Origin: Candidatus Limnocylindria bacterium
Lineage (GTDB): Bacteria; Chloroflexota; Limnocylindria; QHBO01
Length of the DNA: 64,000 nt
NCBI GenBank assembly: GCA_050692055.1
Contig: JBOGTC010000075.1
Location: 4,438 to 68,437 of the forward strand
Reading direction: 5' to 3'
Positions 38,465-48,795 of the stretch are shown one piece after another. A program made the translations under genes and the position numbers. The notes beneath the pieces were generated by a model, which had not been told where the DNA came from, ran no database searches, and saw only the letters and a program-made list of their open reading frames with translations. How positions within the stretch are numbered: position 1 is the first letter of the stretch; each line of letters opens with the position of its first letter.

Positions 38465-38499
38465 GCATGGATGCTACCAACCGACGTACGCTGTGCCGC

Positions 38500-39171
38500 A
38501 TGACCGATGCGCTGCGGGTGATCCTCGAGATCGGCACGAAGGGTCGCCGGGTCGTGGCGGCCGCGACCGACTGGCCTGGCCTCGATCGCTGGGGGAAGAC
38601 CGAGGACGACGCGCTGGAGAAGCTGTCGGGGTACCTCCCGCGCTACGCGGGCGTCGCCGTGCGGGCCGGCCTCGCGGACGCGTTCGAGCGCCAGCGCACG
38701 ATCGAGGTGATCGAGCAGTATCCCGGATCGAGCTCGACCGACTTCTGGGGCATCGCCCACGTGCCGTCGGAGACCGAGCGCGAGGTGCTGTCAGCGGCCG
38801 ACCTGGATCGACGGCTCGAGCTGCTGCAAGCCTGCTGGGCCCACTTCGACGACGTGGCCGCCCGCGTGTCCGAGGGCCTGGCGCCCGGCCCGCGGGGAGG
38901 CGGATGGACTCGCGACGAGATCATTCGCCACGTGTACGCGAACGAACCGGAGCAGTTCTCGCGCAAGGTCGAGGTCAGGACGCCGAAGGAGGTCGTGCTC
39001 ACCCAAGAGGGCCTCGCGACGCATCGGCAGGAATACACCGATGCCATCCGCGCCTACAACGCCGAGGGCAAGCCGGCGCGGACCTGGCCGATCCAGTTCC
39101 TGGTGCGCCGCACCGCTCACCACGTCATGGATCATGCCTGGGAACTGGAGGACCGGGACCTCACATCCTGA
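38500..39171 (+). CDS. DinB-like/HicB-like domain protein, hypothetical
   Basis: Internal ATG of ORF 38386..39171. No firm family. Confidence 0.45.
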   Translation: MTDALRVILEIGTKGRRVVAAATDWPGLDRWGKTEDDALEKLSGYLPRYAGVAVRAGLADAFERQRTIEVIEQYPGSSSTDFWGIAHVPSETEREVLSAADLDRRLELLQACWAHFDDVAARVSEGLAPGPRGGGWTRDEIIRHVYANEPEQFSRKVEVRTPKEVVLTQEGLATHRQEYTDAIRAYNAEGKPARTWPIQFLVRRTAHHVMDHAWELEDRDLTS

Positions 39172-39538
39172 GCCGACAATCAAGTACTGGTGCTGGAGGT
39201 GATGGCGGTGCGGTCGCCGTGCCATCTTCCCGCCTCCTGGGTGACCCAGCTCACACAGTGGCTCCCATGTCAAGCCGCGGGGCTGATCTCCGCGGGCATC
39301 GAGCACGCAGCGTTCGCTCAGCGGTGACGGCGCATCGGCGATCGAGCCGACCGACGGATCAACCCTCGTCGTACTCGAGAACAGATGAGTCATGGTCGCG
39401 AACCCTTCCGCCACACGGCTACCACTCGGCCGCCGATCGTATCAACGACCACCTCGATGACCCGATCGCCGAAGTGGTAGCGAGTGCGGATCTCGCGGGC
39501 AACATCGTGGTTGCCGCTCAGTAGACGGGACGCGGGCG

Positions 39539-40186
39539 TCAGAAGTTGGGCGGCGTAATCGCCGAGACGATCTCGGCCGGCTCATCGCCCACCGCACGCG
39601 CCTTGTGCGGCAGCCCCGAGTCGTAGTAGATGGAGTCGCCCTCGTTCAGCTCGTAGTCGACGTCCCCGACGGTCATCATCACCCGGCCGCTCAGAACCAG
39701 CGCGCACTCCTCGCCCTCATGGGCCATGGCGGCGCTGTCCAGTCCGGGCTTGAGGCGCACGATGATCATCTCGATCTTGCGGCGAAGATCCGGCGACACA
39801 AGCTCATAGGAGACCGGTGCCCCCGGCGGCCGGATCACCTTGCGTGAATCCTTGCGCACCACCATGCCATTCGCTTCAGGACCGGTGAACAGCAGGAAGA
39901 CCGGCACCTCCAGGGCAGCCGCGATGGAGCGGAGCACCATCAGCGACGGATATGCCACGCCGCGCTCCACGCCGCTCAGGAAGCTCCGCGTGATTCCGAC
40001 GCGCGCGGCCAAGCCGGTCAGCGTCAAACCGCGCTCCGTGCGCAGCGTTCGTATCCGCCGACCAAGCTGATCGTCTCGCTCAACCGGCGGCGACTTCGGT
40101 TCGCGCCGTGGAGCATCCCGGCCAGACACACGACGGGCTGCCGATCGGTTGGGAGAAGACGTTTTGCCTGACTGGCGCGTCGACAT
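39539..40186 (-). CDS. XRE-family HTH + cupin-domain transcriptional regulator
   Basis: LGRRIRTLRTERGLTLTGLAARVGITRSFLSGVERG HTH, C-terminal cupin (EGEECALVLSGRVMMTVGDVDYELNEGDSIYYDSGLPH). Disordered N-terminus. Confidence 0.7.
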   Translation of the reverse strand: MSTRQSGKTSSPNRSAARRVSGRDAPRREPKSPPVERDDQLGRRIRTLRTERGLTLTGLAARVGITRSFLSGVERGVAYPSLMVLRSIAAALEVPVFLLFTGPEANGMVVRKDSRKVIRPPGAPVSYELVSPDLRRKIEMIIVRLKPGLDSAAMAHEGEECALVLSGRVMMTVGDVDYELNEGDSIYYDSGLPHKARAVGDEPAEIVSAITPPNF

Positions 40187-40196
40187 GGCTATTGAG

Positions 40197-41228
40197 TCAG
40201 CGGGGGCCGATAGCGGCGGGTGTTACCTCGACACCGTACTTCTTCTTGAGGTACGGCAGCACCTCCTTGCGGCACACGTCAGCCACGAGGAACGGATCCG
40301 GGCTCATGTCCGCCCAGATCAGGTGGTTGCATCCCGCGTCGATGAAGCGCTCGAACTGCGCGATGATCTCCTCCCCGGAAGAGGCGATACAGAACGCGGC
40401 CCGCATCGCCTCATCGCGGACGAGAAGCGCCCGCTGCTCGATGATCCGCGGGTCCTCGATGTACGCGTATGCCTCCGGGATGAGCAGGCCACCGTAGACC
40501 CGTGCGCCGTCGAGGGCACGCTCCGTGTTCGGGTGGTATGACGTGCTCACCCAGGCCGTCCTGAAGCGGCTCTCATCGGTTCGGCCCGACTCGCTTCGCC
40601 CGTCGTCGAACGCGGGCTGCATGACGTTCTGGTGGACGTCCGGTGGGATTCCCACAGAGACGTAGCCATCGGTCATCAGACCCGCATTGCGCGCCATCTT
40701 CGGCCCACCTGCGGCACAGATGATCGAGATGTCGGTGGTCGGCTTCTGGTACAGGTAGAAGAACGATCTGAAGTACTTCCCCTTGTGGCGGAAGTAGTCC
40801 GGTTCCGCCCAGCAGCGCTTGATCAGCTCGATCCCTTCCAGCAGCCGCTCGATCCGTTCACGAAGCGGCGGCCAGAAGCCGGTCGTGGTCTTCTCGTTCA
40901 TCGCCTCGCCCGTGCCCACGCCGAGCGCCACGCGCCCGGGGTAGAGGAGCTCCAACGTGGCGATCTCGATGGCGACATCGACCGGATGGTGGCGGATCCC
41001 GATGGGCGGCAGCACCATCGGTCCCACAATTGCTCGCTCGGTGTTGGCCAGGAAGGCGGTGAGCGTTGCCCAGATGCCGGCCGAGTGGCCGGAGCTATGC
41101 TGCCAGGGAAGCGTGTGATCGCCCTCCCAGATGTAGTCGAAGCCCGCCTCCTCCAGGTCGCGGACGCGTCGCACGTTGTCGCGCACGTCGTGACAGAGGC
41201 ACTCCGGCGAGATGCCGAACGTGATCAC
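40197..41228 (-). CDS. LLM-class (luciferase-like) flavin/F420-dependent oxidoreductase
   Basis: GTG start overlapping upstream stop (GTGA). TIM-barrel LLM signatures. The N-terminal 99 aa of the track ORF overlaps the ester-cyclase gene in another frame. Confidence 0.75.
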   Translation of the reverse strand: MITFGISPECLCHDVRDNVRRVRDLEEAGFDYIWEGDHTLPWQHSSGHSAGIWATLTAFLANTERAIVGPMVLPPIGIRHHPVDVAIEIATLELLYPGRVALGVGTGEAMNEKTTTGFWPPLRERIERLLEGIELIKRCWAEPDYFRHKGKYFRSFFYLYQKPTTDISIICAAGGPKMARNAGLMTDGYVSVGIPPDVHQNVMQPAFDDGRSESGRTDESRFRTAWVSTSYHPNTERALDGARVYGGLLIPEAYAYIEDPRIIEQRALLVRDEAMRAAFCIASSGEEIIAQFERFIDAGCNHLIWADMSPDPFLVADVCRKEVLPYLKKKYGVEVTPAAIGPR

Positions 41229-41641
41229 TGCGCGGCCGCGGAGAGCGGAAGGCCGAGCTGCCCGAACAGGGAGGCCGAGTCGTAGTAGACGGTCTCGCGC
41301 GTGAACAGCTCGCCGTTGTGCTCGTAGACCGATACGGCCGGGATGCGGAAGGCCCTGCCGGTGGGTGGATGCTCCAGGAACGTGCCGGTGTGCGTGCCCA
41401 GCAGGTCGTACTCGGCGACCACCAGACGGCCCTCCGAAATCACGCGCCCGATTTCGATTCGCAGGTCCGGGAACCCACGGTAGAAGATGGCCATGAACTC
41501 GCGCATCTCCTCCTTGCCGTGACACGGCGTCGTGGACACATCGTGGAAGAACACGTCATCGGTGTAGTAGTCCAGCACCGCCTGGAGGTCGCCGCGGCTG
41601 AGATCCTCGATCTCGTTACGGACAAGCTGCGCTGCGTCCAC
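41225..41641 (-). CDS. Ester cyclase/SnoaL-like polyketide cyclase family protein
   Basis: GTG after GAGGAGG. YYTDDVFFHD...MREFMAIFYRGFPDLRIEIGRVISEGRLVVAEYDLLGTHTG...PPTGRAFRIPAVSVYEHNGELFTRETVYYDSASLFGQLG matches the ester-cyclase consensus. Confidence 0.65.
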   Translation of the reverse strand: MDAAQLVRNEIEDLSRGDLQAVLDYYTDDVFFHDVSTTPCHGKEEMREFMAIFYRGFPDLRIEIGRVISEGRLVVAEYDLLGTHTGTFLEHPPTGRAFRIPAVSVYEHNGELFTRETVYYDSASLFGQLGLPLSAAAQ

Positions 41642-42557
41642 CGCCGGCCTCCTCTGTGCTGAGACCCAGGAGCCGTGCCGCTGCCCCACCGAAGAAGCTA
41701 TCGACGTCCTCCTGGGTGATGAATGGCTCGATCTCGTGGCGCTCCGTGTAGGCCGCCACCTTGCCGAACTGCTCCTGGCCGGTCTGGAACGGCACATAGG
41801 GATAGTCGGAGCCCCACAGCAAACGGTTCATCACACCCAGCTTCTTGGCCCATGACCAGATCTGCGCCACCCGCCAGACGGGCGCGGACTCCGCCCAGAA
41901 GGCGAAGTCCCCGTAGACCTGGCGGTACTTCGCGATGAAGTGCAGGGCCTCCTCGGCCCAGTGAAAGCCGGTGTGGCCGATGATCAGCTTGAGGTCCGGG
42001 AAGTCGATCATCACGTCCTCGAGGTAGAGCGGATGGTCGTACTCGAGCATCTTCCCCTTGGGGAGCATGCTCCACCCGGTGTGGACCAGGACGGGGACGT
42101 TCGTCGCCTGCGCGGCCTCGTAGAGGGGCCAGATACGCCGATCATGCACGCCGACGTAGTTGTAGGACGGCAGCATCTTCAGTCCCCTGAGCCCCTGCTT
42201 CTGAACGCCGCGCTCGAACCGCTTGACCTCCTCGGGCCCGCCCAACGGATCGGCCGTGTAGAAGCCGATCAGCCGGTCAGGATAGGCCTCTACCATGGAC
42301 TGCACATACTCGCCCGCATTCGGGTCATAAGCGTTCCACGGGATATACCCGACGCCGAGTACCACCGCCTTGTCGATCCCACACTCATCCATGTCGGCGA
42401 TGAGCCGCTCGGGCGGCACGCAGAAGTCCTCGGCGCGCCACGGCTTGCCGGTGTGCCAGCAGGTCTGCCCCTCGAACATATCGACGTAGAACTGCCCGAG
42501 CTCGGGGGGAAAGTCGACCCCGAACCGCATCATGTGAGTGTGGGTGTTGATGATCAT
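41616..42557 (-). CDS. Amidohydrolase-2 family metal-dependent hydrolase (TIM barrel)
   Basis: ATG (MIINTHTHMM) after AGGAG. HxH at N-terminus, later HTGW, HTGFHWAEE, GSDYPY motifs. Confidence 0.7.
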   Translation of the reverse strand: MIINTHTHMMRFGVDFPPELGQFYVDMFEGQTCWHTGKPWRAEDFCVPPERLIADMDECGIDKAVVLGVGYIPWNAYDPNAGEYVQSMVEAYPDRLIGFYTADPLGGPEEVKRFERGVQKQGLRGLKMLPSYNYVGVHDRRIWPLYEAAQATNVPVLVHTGWSMLPKGKMLEYDHPLYLEDVMIDFPDLKLIIGHTGFHWAEEALHFIAKYRQVYGDFAFWAESAPVWRVAQIWSWAKKLGVMNRLLWGSDYPYVPFQTGQEQFGKVAAYTERHEIEPFITQEDVDSFFGGAAARLLGLSTEEAGGGRSAACP

Positions 42558-42567
42558 TCGGCTGCTC

Positions 42568-44223
42568 CTATGCGTCGGATGCTCCGCGACGGAGAACGTT
42601 GCCGGCGCGAAGCTGTGAGTCGACGGCCCCGTGGCGCACCACGATGTCGCCGTTGACCAGGACGTACTCGATGCCGGCCGGCGAAGCGGACGGCTCCTGG
42701 TAGGTCGTGCGGTCGGCGACCGTATCCGCATCGAACACCACCACGTCCGCGGCGTAGCCGTCCTCGATGCGGCCCCTGGAGCGAAGTCCCATGCGCTGGG
42801 CCGGCAGTGAGGTCATCTTCCGGACGGCCTCCTCGAGGCTGAAGAGGCCCGTATCTCGAGCGAAGTGTCCCAGGACCCTCGGAAATGCCCCGTATGCCGC
42901 GGGATGCGGCACTCCTCGCCCGGTGAGAATCGCATCCGTCTCGATCGACGCCCACGGATGCTGCAGCAGCTTCCGCAGCCCCGAGTCGTCCTCGAGGTCA
43001 CCGGAGACGCCGATGTACAGTGCCATGGCGTGCCCGTTCTCCTCGAGGACGATATCGGCCGCGACGTCGAAGGCATCGGTCCCGCGCTCCTCCGCGATCT
43101 GAGGCAGCGACTTGCCTTCGAGGTTCTTGTTTTCCGCTGATTCGACCCAGAGCAGGCTGATGTTGTCCCAGCCCGTTGCCTCGCACAGGTTGTGCGGCCA
43201 GGCGCCCGGGATCCAGCACGGCCAGCCTGGAATGTCCTCGTCGATCGAGCGCCGTATGCGTTGCCGCTGAGCCGGATCGCGGAGCCGTGCCAACAGGGCG
43301 TCGACGCCACCGGACAGCGCCCAGGGTGGAAAGATGGCCAGCAGCGTGGTATTTGCCGCGACGTACGGAATGACGTCGAAGCCGGTGTCAACGCCGCGCT
43401 CGTGAGCGCGCTCGTGCAGCTCAATGATCGCGTCGATCTTCGGCCAGTGCGGCTTGCCGAACGCCTCGATGTGGGAGTGCTGGCAGGTCACGCCGTTCAC
43501 CTCTCCGACCCGGATCACCTCCTTCGTAGCCGAGAGCAGCGTCTCACTCGAGCCGCGAATGTGGCTGGTGTAGATGCCGTCGTACCGCTTCAGGCCTGCG
43601 GCCAACGCTTCGATCTCCTCGGGCGGAGCGAAGATTCCTGGCGCGTAGAGGAGACCGCTGGAGAGTCCGAACGCGCCCTCCTCGAGCGATCGCTCGAGGT
43701 TGCTCTTCATCCGTTCCTGCTCGTCGGGCTCGAGGAATCGACCCTGGAACCCGACCTCGTGTATGCGCAGGGCCCCATGGGCGACAAGCGGCACGACGTT
43801 CAGCGCCACGCCTCGCTCGTCCAGGTAGCCCAGATACTCGCCGAACGAGCTCCAGGAGCTCGGGAGGTCGGGCCCACGGAGGAAGGCCGTGTAGCTCGCC
43901 AGCTCGCCCGCCGTCTCGGGGTTCACCGGTGCCGGCGAGTACCCGCAGTTGCCGGAGACGATCGTGGTGATCCCCTGGCCCAGGAACGGGGCGAGGATCT
44001 CGCCGTGCTCCTCCACGGGAACCAGGAAATCACTGTGCGAGTGGATATCGATGAACCCCGGGGCCACGACCGACCCCGCGACGTCGAGCCGTTCCGCGGC
44101 ATCAGCGGACCCCAGGTCGCCGATCGCCGCGATGCGGCCATTCGAGACTCCGACATCCGCGGCAACGGACGGCCCGCCCGTCCCATCGACGAGCCGACCG
44201 CCTTGAATCACCAGGTCGAGCAT
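42568..44223 (-). CDS. N-acyl-D-amino-acid deacylase (D-aminoacylase) family amidohydrolase
   Basis: 551 aa. PGFIDIHSHSD, SGNCGYSP and other D-aminoacylase signatures. Confidence 0.8.
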   Translation of the reverse strand: MLDLVIQGGRLVDGTGGPSVAADVGVSNGRIAAIGDLGSADAAERLDVAGSVVAPGFIDIHSHSDFLVPVEEHGEILAPFLGQGITTIVSGNCGYSPAPVNPETAGELASYTAFLRGPDLPSSWSSFGEYLGYLDERGVALNVVPLVAHGALRIHEVGFQGRFLEPDEQERMKSNLERSLEEGAFGLSSGLLYAPGIFAPPEEIEALAAGLKRYDGIYTSHIRGSSETLLSATKEVIRVGEVNGVTCQHSHIEAFGKPHWPKIDAIIELHERAHERGVDTGFDVIPYVAANTTLLAIFPPWALSGGVDALLARLRDPAQRQRIRRSIDEDIPGWPCWIPGAWPHNLCEATGWDNISLLWVESAENKNLEGKSLPQIAEERGTDAFDVAADIVLEENGHAMALYIGVSGDLEDDSGLRKLLQHPWASIETDAILTGRGVPHPAAYGAFPRVLGHFARDTGLFSLEEAVRKMTSLPAQRMGLRSRGRIEDGYAADVVVFDADTVADRTTYQEPSASPAGIEYVLVNGDIVVRHGAVDSQLRAGNVLRRGASDA

Positions 44224-44262
44224 CGCTCCGCCTCACTGCCTATTCGGTCTGGTAGCGGGAAG

Positions 44263-45675
44263 TCACATGCCTGGGTTGTCCTCGAGGAACTGGTCGATCT
44301 CGCCCTGCGCGCGTTGATGCTCCCCTTCGACATCTGCACCGTGCAGCGCCGCCGAGACGGCTGCCTCCACGATCTCCGAGATGCGCTGGTAGCCGGCACG
44401 CGTCCCGTACCGTTGGTTGTTGATGTCTTCCTGTGCCTGGTCGAACGTGACATCCACGATCTCCCGGTCGGCCTCGGGAATCGACGAGTCGTCATACGGG
44501 GACGTGAACGATGGATAGCCGCTCTCGTCCGCGGGGTCAAAGGCGTGGAGCTCTTCACGGCGGGTCAGCAGACCCAGCTGGGTCTCTGCGTTGGCGTAGT
44601 GCTTTACCAGCTCCAGGGCGAGCTCCTTGCGCGGGCTTGTCTGGGGAATGGCGAAGCACTCGCCCACCGACTGGCCACCGGATCGGGGCAGGTCACCGCC
44701 CTTGCCCGGGATAATGGCAACCCGCACTGGATCGTCACCCAACACCGAAAGGTTTGGGTCGCGCGCCTGGTACCACAGGTGCTGGTAGTCGATCATCATC
44801 GCCGCATCGCCCGCCATGAAGACCTTCTTCGCCTCCACGTCGTAGATCCCCCATGGCGACTCGATGCTGTCCGCCGGCATGAAGGGCAGCAGGTCGATCA
44901 TGTCCTGCGTGGCCTGCATGGCCTCCGGGGTGTCGAAGTTGACGCTGCCATCGTCGCCGTAGAACTCGCCGCCGTTGAGGTGCAGCCAGACGCACCACTT
45001 CGGGAAGAGGTACAACGGCGCCCAGCCGTCGACGTAGCCGAACTGTGAGTTGGCCGTGAACTCTTGGGCCGCCGCCACGAATTCGTCGTACGTGGTGGGA
45101 ATGGCGATCCCCGCATCCTCGAACTTCTGCCGGTTGCAGAAGAGGACGTAGGTGTAGATGTTGCTCGGGCCGCCGTACCAGACGCCGCTGCTCGACTGCG
45201 CCGCCTCAATCGCCTCCCATCGCAGCTGCGACTCATCTGGCTGCTCGTAGCCGCTGATCTCGGTCAGTGGGGTGAGGAACTGCTCGTACTGATCCACCCA
45301 GGCGCGCCAGAGGTAGACGACGTCCCATGACTCGCCGCCGGCCTCGAAGGCTGGCGTGAGGACGGACGGCAATGGCCCGAAGGCTTCCCGAGTGAACTCG
45401 ACCGTTGCGTTGTGCTGCTGCTCGAACTCCGGTGTGATCATCGCGTAGTAGCCGGTGTGGTTTGCGAGCAGCACCCTCAGAGTGGTCGGCGGCCCCGCGG
45501 CTGTGCCGGTCGGGGATGCGGTCGTGGTGACACCGCAGGCGGCCAGGAGGGGACCAAGGCCCATGACCCCCACAACGCCTCCCCCAAGCTGGGCGCCGCG
45601 CTTGAGGAAACGACGGCGCGAGTACCGTGTCACGAGGGAACGCTGCCAGGGAGCACGCGGATCCTGTTCGTTCAT
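44263..45675 (-). CDS. ABC transporter substrate-binding protein (family 1) with Tat signal/lipobox
   Basis: SRRRFLKRGAQLGGGVVGVMGLGPLLAAC twin-arginine signal. Confidence 0.8.
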   Translation of the reverse strand: MNEQDPRAPWQRSLVTRYSRRRFLKRGAQLGGGVVGVMGLGPLLAACGVTTTASPTGTAAGPPTTLRVLLANHTGYYAMITPEFEQQHNATVEFTREAFGPLPSVLTPAFEAGGESWDVVYLWRAWVDQYEQFLTPLTEISGYEQPDESQLRWEAIEAAQSSSGVWYGGPSNIYTYVLFCNRQKFEDAGIAIPTTYDEFVAAAQEFTANSQFGYVDGWAPLYLFPKWCVWLHLNGGEFYGDDGSVNFDTPEAMQATQDMIDLLPFMPADSIESPWGIYDVEAKKVFMAGDAAMMIDYQHLWYQARDPNLSVLGDDPVRVAIIPGKGGDLPRSGGQSVGECFAIPQTSPRKELALELVKHYANAETQLGLLTRREELHAFDPADESGYPSFTSPYDDSSIPEADREIVDVTFDQAQEDINNQRYGTRAGYQRISEIVEAAVSAALHGADVEGEHQRAQGEIDQFLEDNPGM

Positions 45676-45728
45676 CCTTTTCTCTCCTCCGAAATCTGGC
45701 CGATGTGGACTGCGAGCGACCCTTGTCC

Positions 45729-46730
45729 TTACTTCATTGCCCCCTCCCCAATCCCACGAATCAGGTAGCGCTGCATGCCGAGCGCGAGGACCAGTACCGG
45801 GATCGAGGCGATCAGCCCAGCCGCGGACAGCTGCGGCTCGATCCGGTTGATCGGGTCCATGAGATTGACGATGCTGGGCGCGAGCATCGGCGTGCTGCTT
45901 ACCGACAGCACTCGGGATACGAGGAGCTCATTCCACGACAGGACAAACGCAAAGACGGCGGTTGTCGCGACGCTCGGCACGGTCAGGGGCAGGACCACGC
46001 GCCGGAGCGCGTCGAAGCGGCCCGCCCCATCGATCCGTGCCGCATGCTCGATCTCCGGTTCGACGCCCTCGAAGGCGCTGACGAGCAGCCACGTGACCAG
46101 CGGCGTGATCAGCGCCATGTGGCCCAGGATCATCCCCGGCAGCGTGTCGACCAATCCCACCGTCCGAAAGATCGCCACCAGTGGAACGAGCAGCGCAATG
46201 CCGGGAAGCATGTAGATCACCATCACGCTGGTGTAGACCGCCCGTCTCCCGGGGAACCGGAGTGATGCGATGGCATAGGCGCCGAGCAGCGCGATCAGGG
46301 TGGTCAGGGTTGCCGCCGTGGTCGACACGAGGAGGCTGTTTCGAAGCCCCGCCGACAGGTAGGCGATGTTGAAGAGACGTGCGTACTGGTCGAGGTTGGG
46401 TTGGGGTGGAATGGCATGCGGGCCGCTCAGAAGATCAACCGGGCGCTGCAGCGAGCCGAGGACTACCACGACGACGAACGGGACGGCGATGATGAGGAAG
46501 ACGAGGACGGCCAGCGTCGCCGCCACGACTCGGGACCCCATCCCGATGTGAAGCCCGTTGAGGCCCCGCCACACCAATGTCAGTCCGACCGCGGTCCCCA
46601 CGATCCAGGCCCAGAACGGAAACGGCCAATCGAAGACCAGCAGGCTCAGCTCGAGGACAGCGACGACGACGATGATCAACCCACCGGCCCAGGCGATCAG
46701 GCGCGAACGGCGACCGTCCGGTTGGCTCAT
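45729..46730 (-). CDS. ABC transporter permease (MalG-like)
   Basis: ATG overlapping upstream stop (ATGA). EAA loop HAARIDGAGRFDALRRVVLP. Confidence 0.8.
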   Translation of the reverse strand: MSQPDGRRSRLIAWAGGLIIVVVAVLELSLLVFDWPFPFWAWIVGTAVGLTLVWRGLNGLHIGMGSRVVAATLAVLVFLIIAVPFVVVVVLGSLQRPVDLLSGPHAIPPQPNLDQYARLFNIAYLSAGLRNSLLVSTTAATLTTLIALLGAYAIASLRFPGRRAVYTSVMVIYMLPGIALLVPLVAIFRTVGLVDTLPGMILGHMALITPLVTWLLVSAFEGVEPEIEHAARIDGAGRFDALRRVVLPLTVPSVATTAVFAFVLSWNELLVSRVLSVSSTPMLAPSIVNLMDPINRIEPQLSAAGLIASIPVLVLALGMQRYLIRGIGEGAMK

Positions 46731-47653
46731 GACAATCTCAGCGACCGGCCGCCGCGGGTGAGCACCAACCCGAACAGGACGATGATTCCCGCCACCACGT
46801 AGGCCAGCACCGCCCCGTAGCCCAGGTTCGTGTGCTCGAAGCTCGTCTTGAATGCGTAGAAGTACAGGTTGTAGGTCGAATAGGCGCCGGGGCCGCCACC
46901 GGTGAGGGCGAAGATGAGATCGAACAGCTGGACCGTGACAAGGAGCTGGACGATGAGCGCCACACCGATCGTGGGCAGGAGGAACGGAAGGATCACGTAG
47001 CGGAAGCGGCGCCAACTGTTCGCGCCGTCGATCTGCGCCGCGTGCACGGTCTCGCGCGGGAGGTACTGCAGGCTCACCAGGAAGATCAGGGCGAGCAGTG
47101 GGAACGTCTTCCAGACGTGGATTCCAACCAATGTGTAGAGGGTCCCGGGCACGCCGCTGAAGAACGACGGGGCCGTCTCCATCACACCCAGCTGCTGCAG
47201 CCAGGGTCCGAGCAGGCCACGGCGACCGTCAAGGAACCACTGGAACATCGCCGCCACCACGACCGGCGGCAGCGCCCACGGGATCAGCAGGCTTGCCCGG
47301 ACGAGCGTGCGGCCCGGGAACTGCTGGTTGAGGGCCAGCGCCACGCCCATGCCGATTGCGACGCCCAGCACGCACGAGGGAACGACGTACATCACGGTCT
47401 GTACCAGCGACTGGGCGAAGAGCGGATCGGCGGCCAGCCGCGCCCAGTTCGCAAGGCCCACCCACTCTCGCTGGCCTGCAGACCCCGCGGTCAGAGTGAG
47501 GGATATCGAGAACAGCAGCGGGTACAGGATCAGCGCCACGACCAACAGGACCGTCGGCGCCAGGAACATGCCGGCATAGGCATGGTTCTCCCGGCGGATC
47601 GGCAACCGGCTGATCCAGCTGCCTCGTCGCGCCGCCATCTCTGCGCCGCTCAT
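46727..47653 (-). CDS. ABC transporter permease (MalF-like)
   Basis: ATG overlapping ATPase stop (ATGA). EAA loop HAAQIDGANSWRRFRYVILP. Confidence 0.8.
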   Translation of the reverse strand: MSGAEMAARRGSWISRLPIRRENHAYAGMFLAPTVLLVVALILYPLLFSISLTLTAGSAGQREWVGLANWARLAADPLFAQSLVQTVMYVVPSCVLGVAIGMGVALALNQQFPGRTLVRASLLIPWALPPVVVAAMFQWFLDGRRGLLGPWLQQLGVMETAPSFFSGVPGTLYTLVGIHVWKTFPLLALIFLVSLQYLPRETVHAAQIDGANSWRRFRYVILPFLLPTIGVALIVQLLVTVQLFDLIFALTGGGPGAYSTYNLYFYAFKTSFEHTNLGYGAVLAYVVAGIIVLFGLVLTRGGRSLRLS

Positions 47654-48795
47654 GTCGTTCGCACTGGCTCGTCGGCGGGTGTGCGCCCTTCGGCCCACAC
47701 GCCCTCCAGCCGCCGCTCGCTGCTCGGGTCGAAGAAGTGGAGGGAGCCAACGGCAAAGCGGAGCACGACCGGATCGCCGCGCTGCAGCTGTGCGCCGTCC
47801 TCGGCGAGCGCTCGGATCGACCAGCCATCCAGGTCCGCTGTCACGTAGCTATGGGGCGGCACCACCTCAGTGAGAGTCACGGTGGCGTGCAGGCCGGGGC
47901 CAGGGCCGTCAGCCGCGCGAGCCAGCACTGATTCGGGGCGGAAGCCAATCAGCACCGTGCCGTCCGGCGGGCGAAATCCGGGGGCTCGCGACCCGAGATC
48001 GATCTCGATCCCGTTGTCACCACGTACGACGACGGCGCCTGAGTCGTCCCAGACGACCCCGGTGAGGAAGTTCATCGGCAGCCTGCCGAGGAAGGAGGCC
48101 ACGAAGCGGTCCGCGGGTCGGTTGTAGACGAGATGCGGCGTATCGGTCTGGTGGATGTGGCCGGCGGCCATCACCACGACCTCGTCCCCCATCGCCGAGG
48201 CGTCGTCCTGGTCGTGAGTGACGTAGATGAACGTCGCCTTGAGAGCCGCGTGGATCCGCTTCAGCTCCTCGCGGGTCTGCATGCGGAGGTTCGCGTCCAG
48301 GTTGCTGATTGGCTCGTCGAGCAGGAACACCTTCGGCTCGCGCACGATCGCGCGCCCCAGGGCGACGCGCTGGCGCTCGCCGCCGCTCAGCTGTCTCGGA
48401 TGCCGGTCCAGCGTCGGGCCGATGCCCAGCATTGCCGCGACCTCATCGACACGGCGATACCGCTCCGGTCGCGACATGCCGCGCAGCTGGAGAGGAAAGG
48501 CGATGTTGTCCCGCGCGCTCATGTTCGGATACAGGGCGTATGACTGGAAGACCATCGCCACGTCCCGACGCTCGGGGGTGACGTTGGTGACGTCAACGCC
48601 GTCGAACAGGATCCGGCCCGAGGTCACCTCCTCGATACCGGCAAGCAGCTTGAGGATGGTGCTCTTGCCCGAACCGGACGGCCCCAGGACGCAGGTGAAG
48701 AGACCGTCCTTGAAGATCAACGAGGTCTCCTGGAGCGCGTCAGCGCTCAGGCCGCGATAACGCTTGACAACACGATCCAGCCGTACCTCAGCCAC
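47650..48795 (-). CDS. ABC transporter ATP-binding protein (MalK/UgpC-type with C-terminal TOBE-like domain)
   Basis: GTG after GGAGGAG. Walker A GPSGSGKST, LSGGERQRVALGRA signature. Confidence 0.8.
   Translation of the reverse strand: MAEVRLDRVVKRYRGLSADALQETSLIFKDGLFTCVLGPSGSGKSTILKLLAGIEEVTSGRILFDGVDVTNVTPERRDVAMVFQSYALYPNMSARDNIAFPLQLRGMSRPERYRRVDEVAAMLGIGPTLDRHPRQLSGGERQRVALGRAIVREPKVFLLDEPISNLDANLRMQTREELKRIHAALKATFIYVTHDQDDASAMGDEVVVMAAGHIHQTDTPHLVYNRPADRFVASFLGRLPMNFLTGVVWDDSGAVVVRGDNGIEIDLGSRAPGFRPPDGTVLIGFRPESVLARAADGPGPGLHATVTLTEVVPPHSYVTADLDGWSIRALAEDGAQLQRGDPVVLRFAVGSLHFFDPSSERRLEGVWAEGRTPADEPVRTT

Noticed and set aside
38791-39414. Minus-strand ORF with a strong AGGAGG-ATG start at ~39229
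   Set aside because: After 20 codons it runs antisense through the DinB-like gene with a His/Arg-rich product. Possibly only the RBS-like sequence is coincidental.
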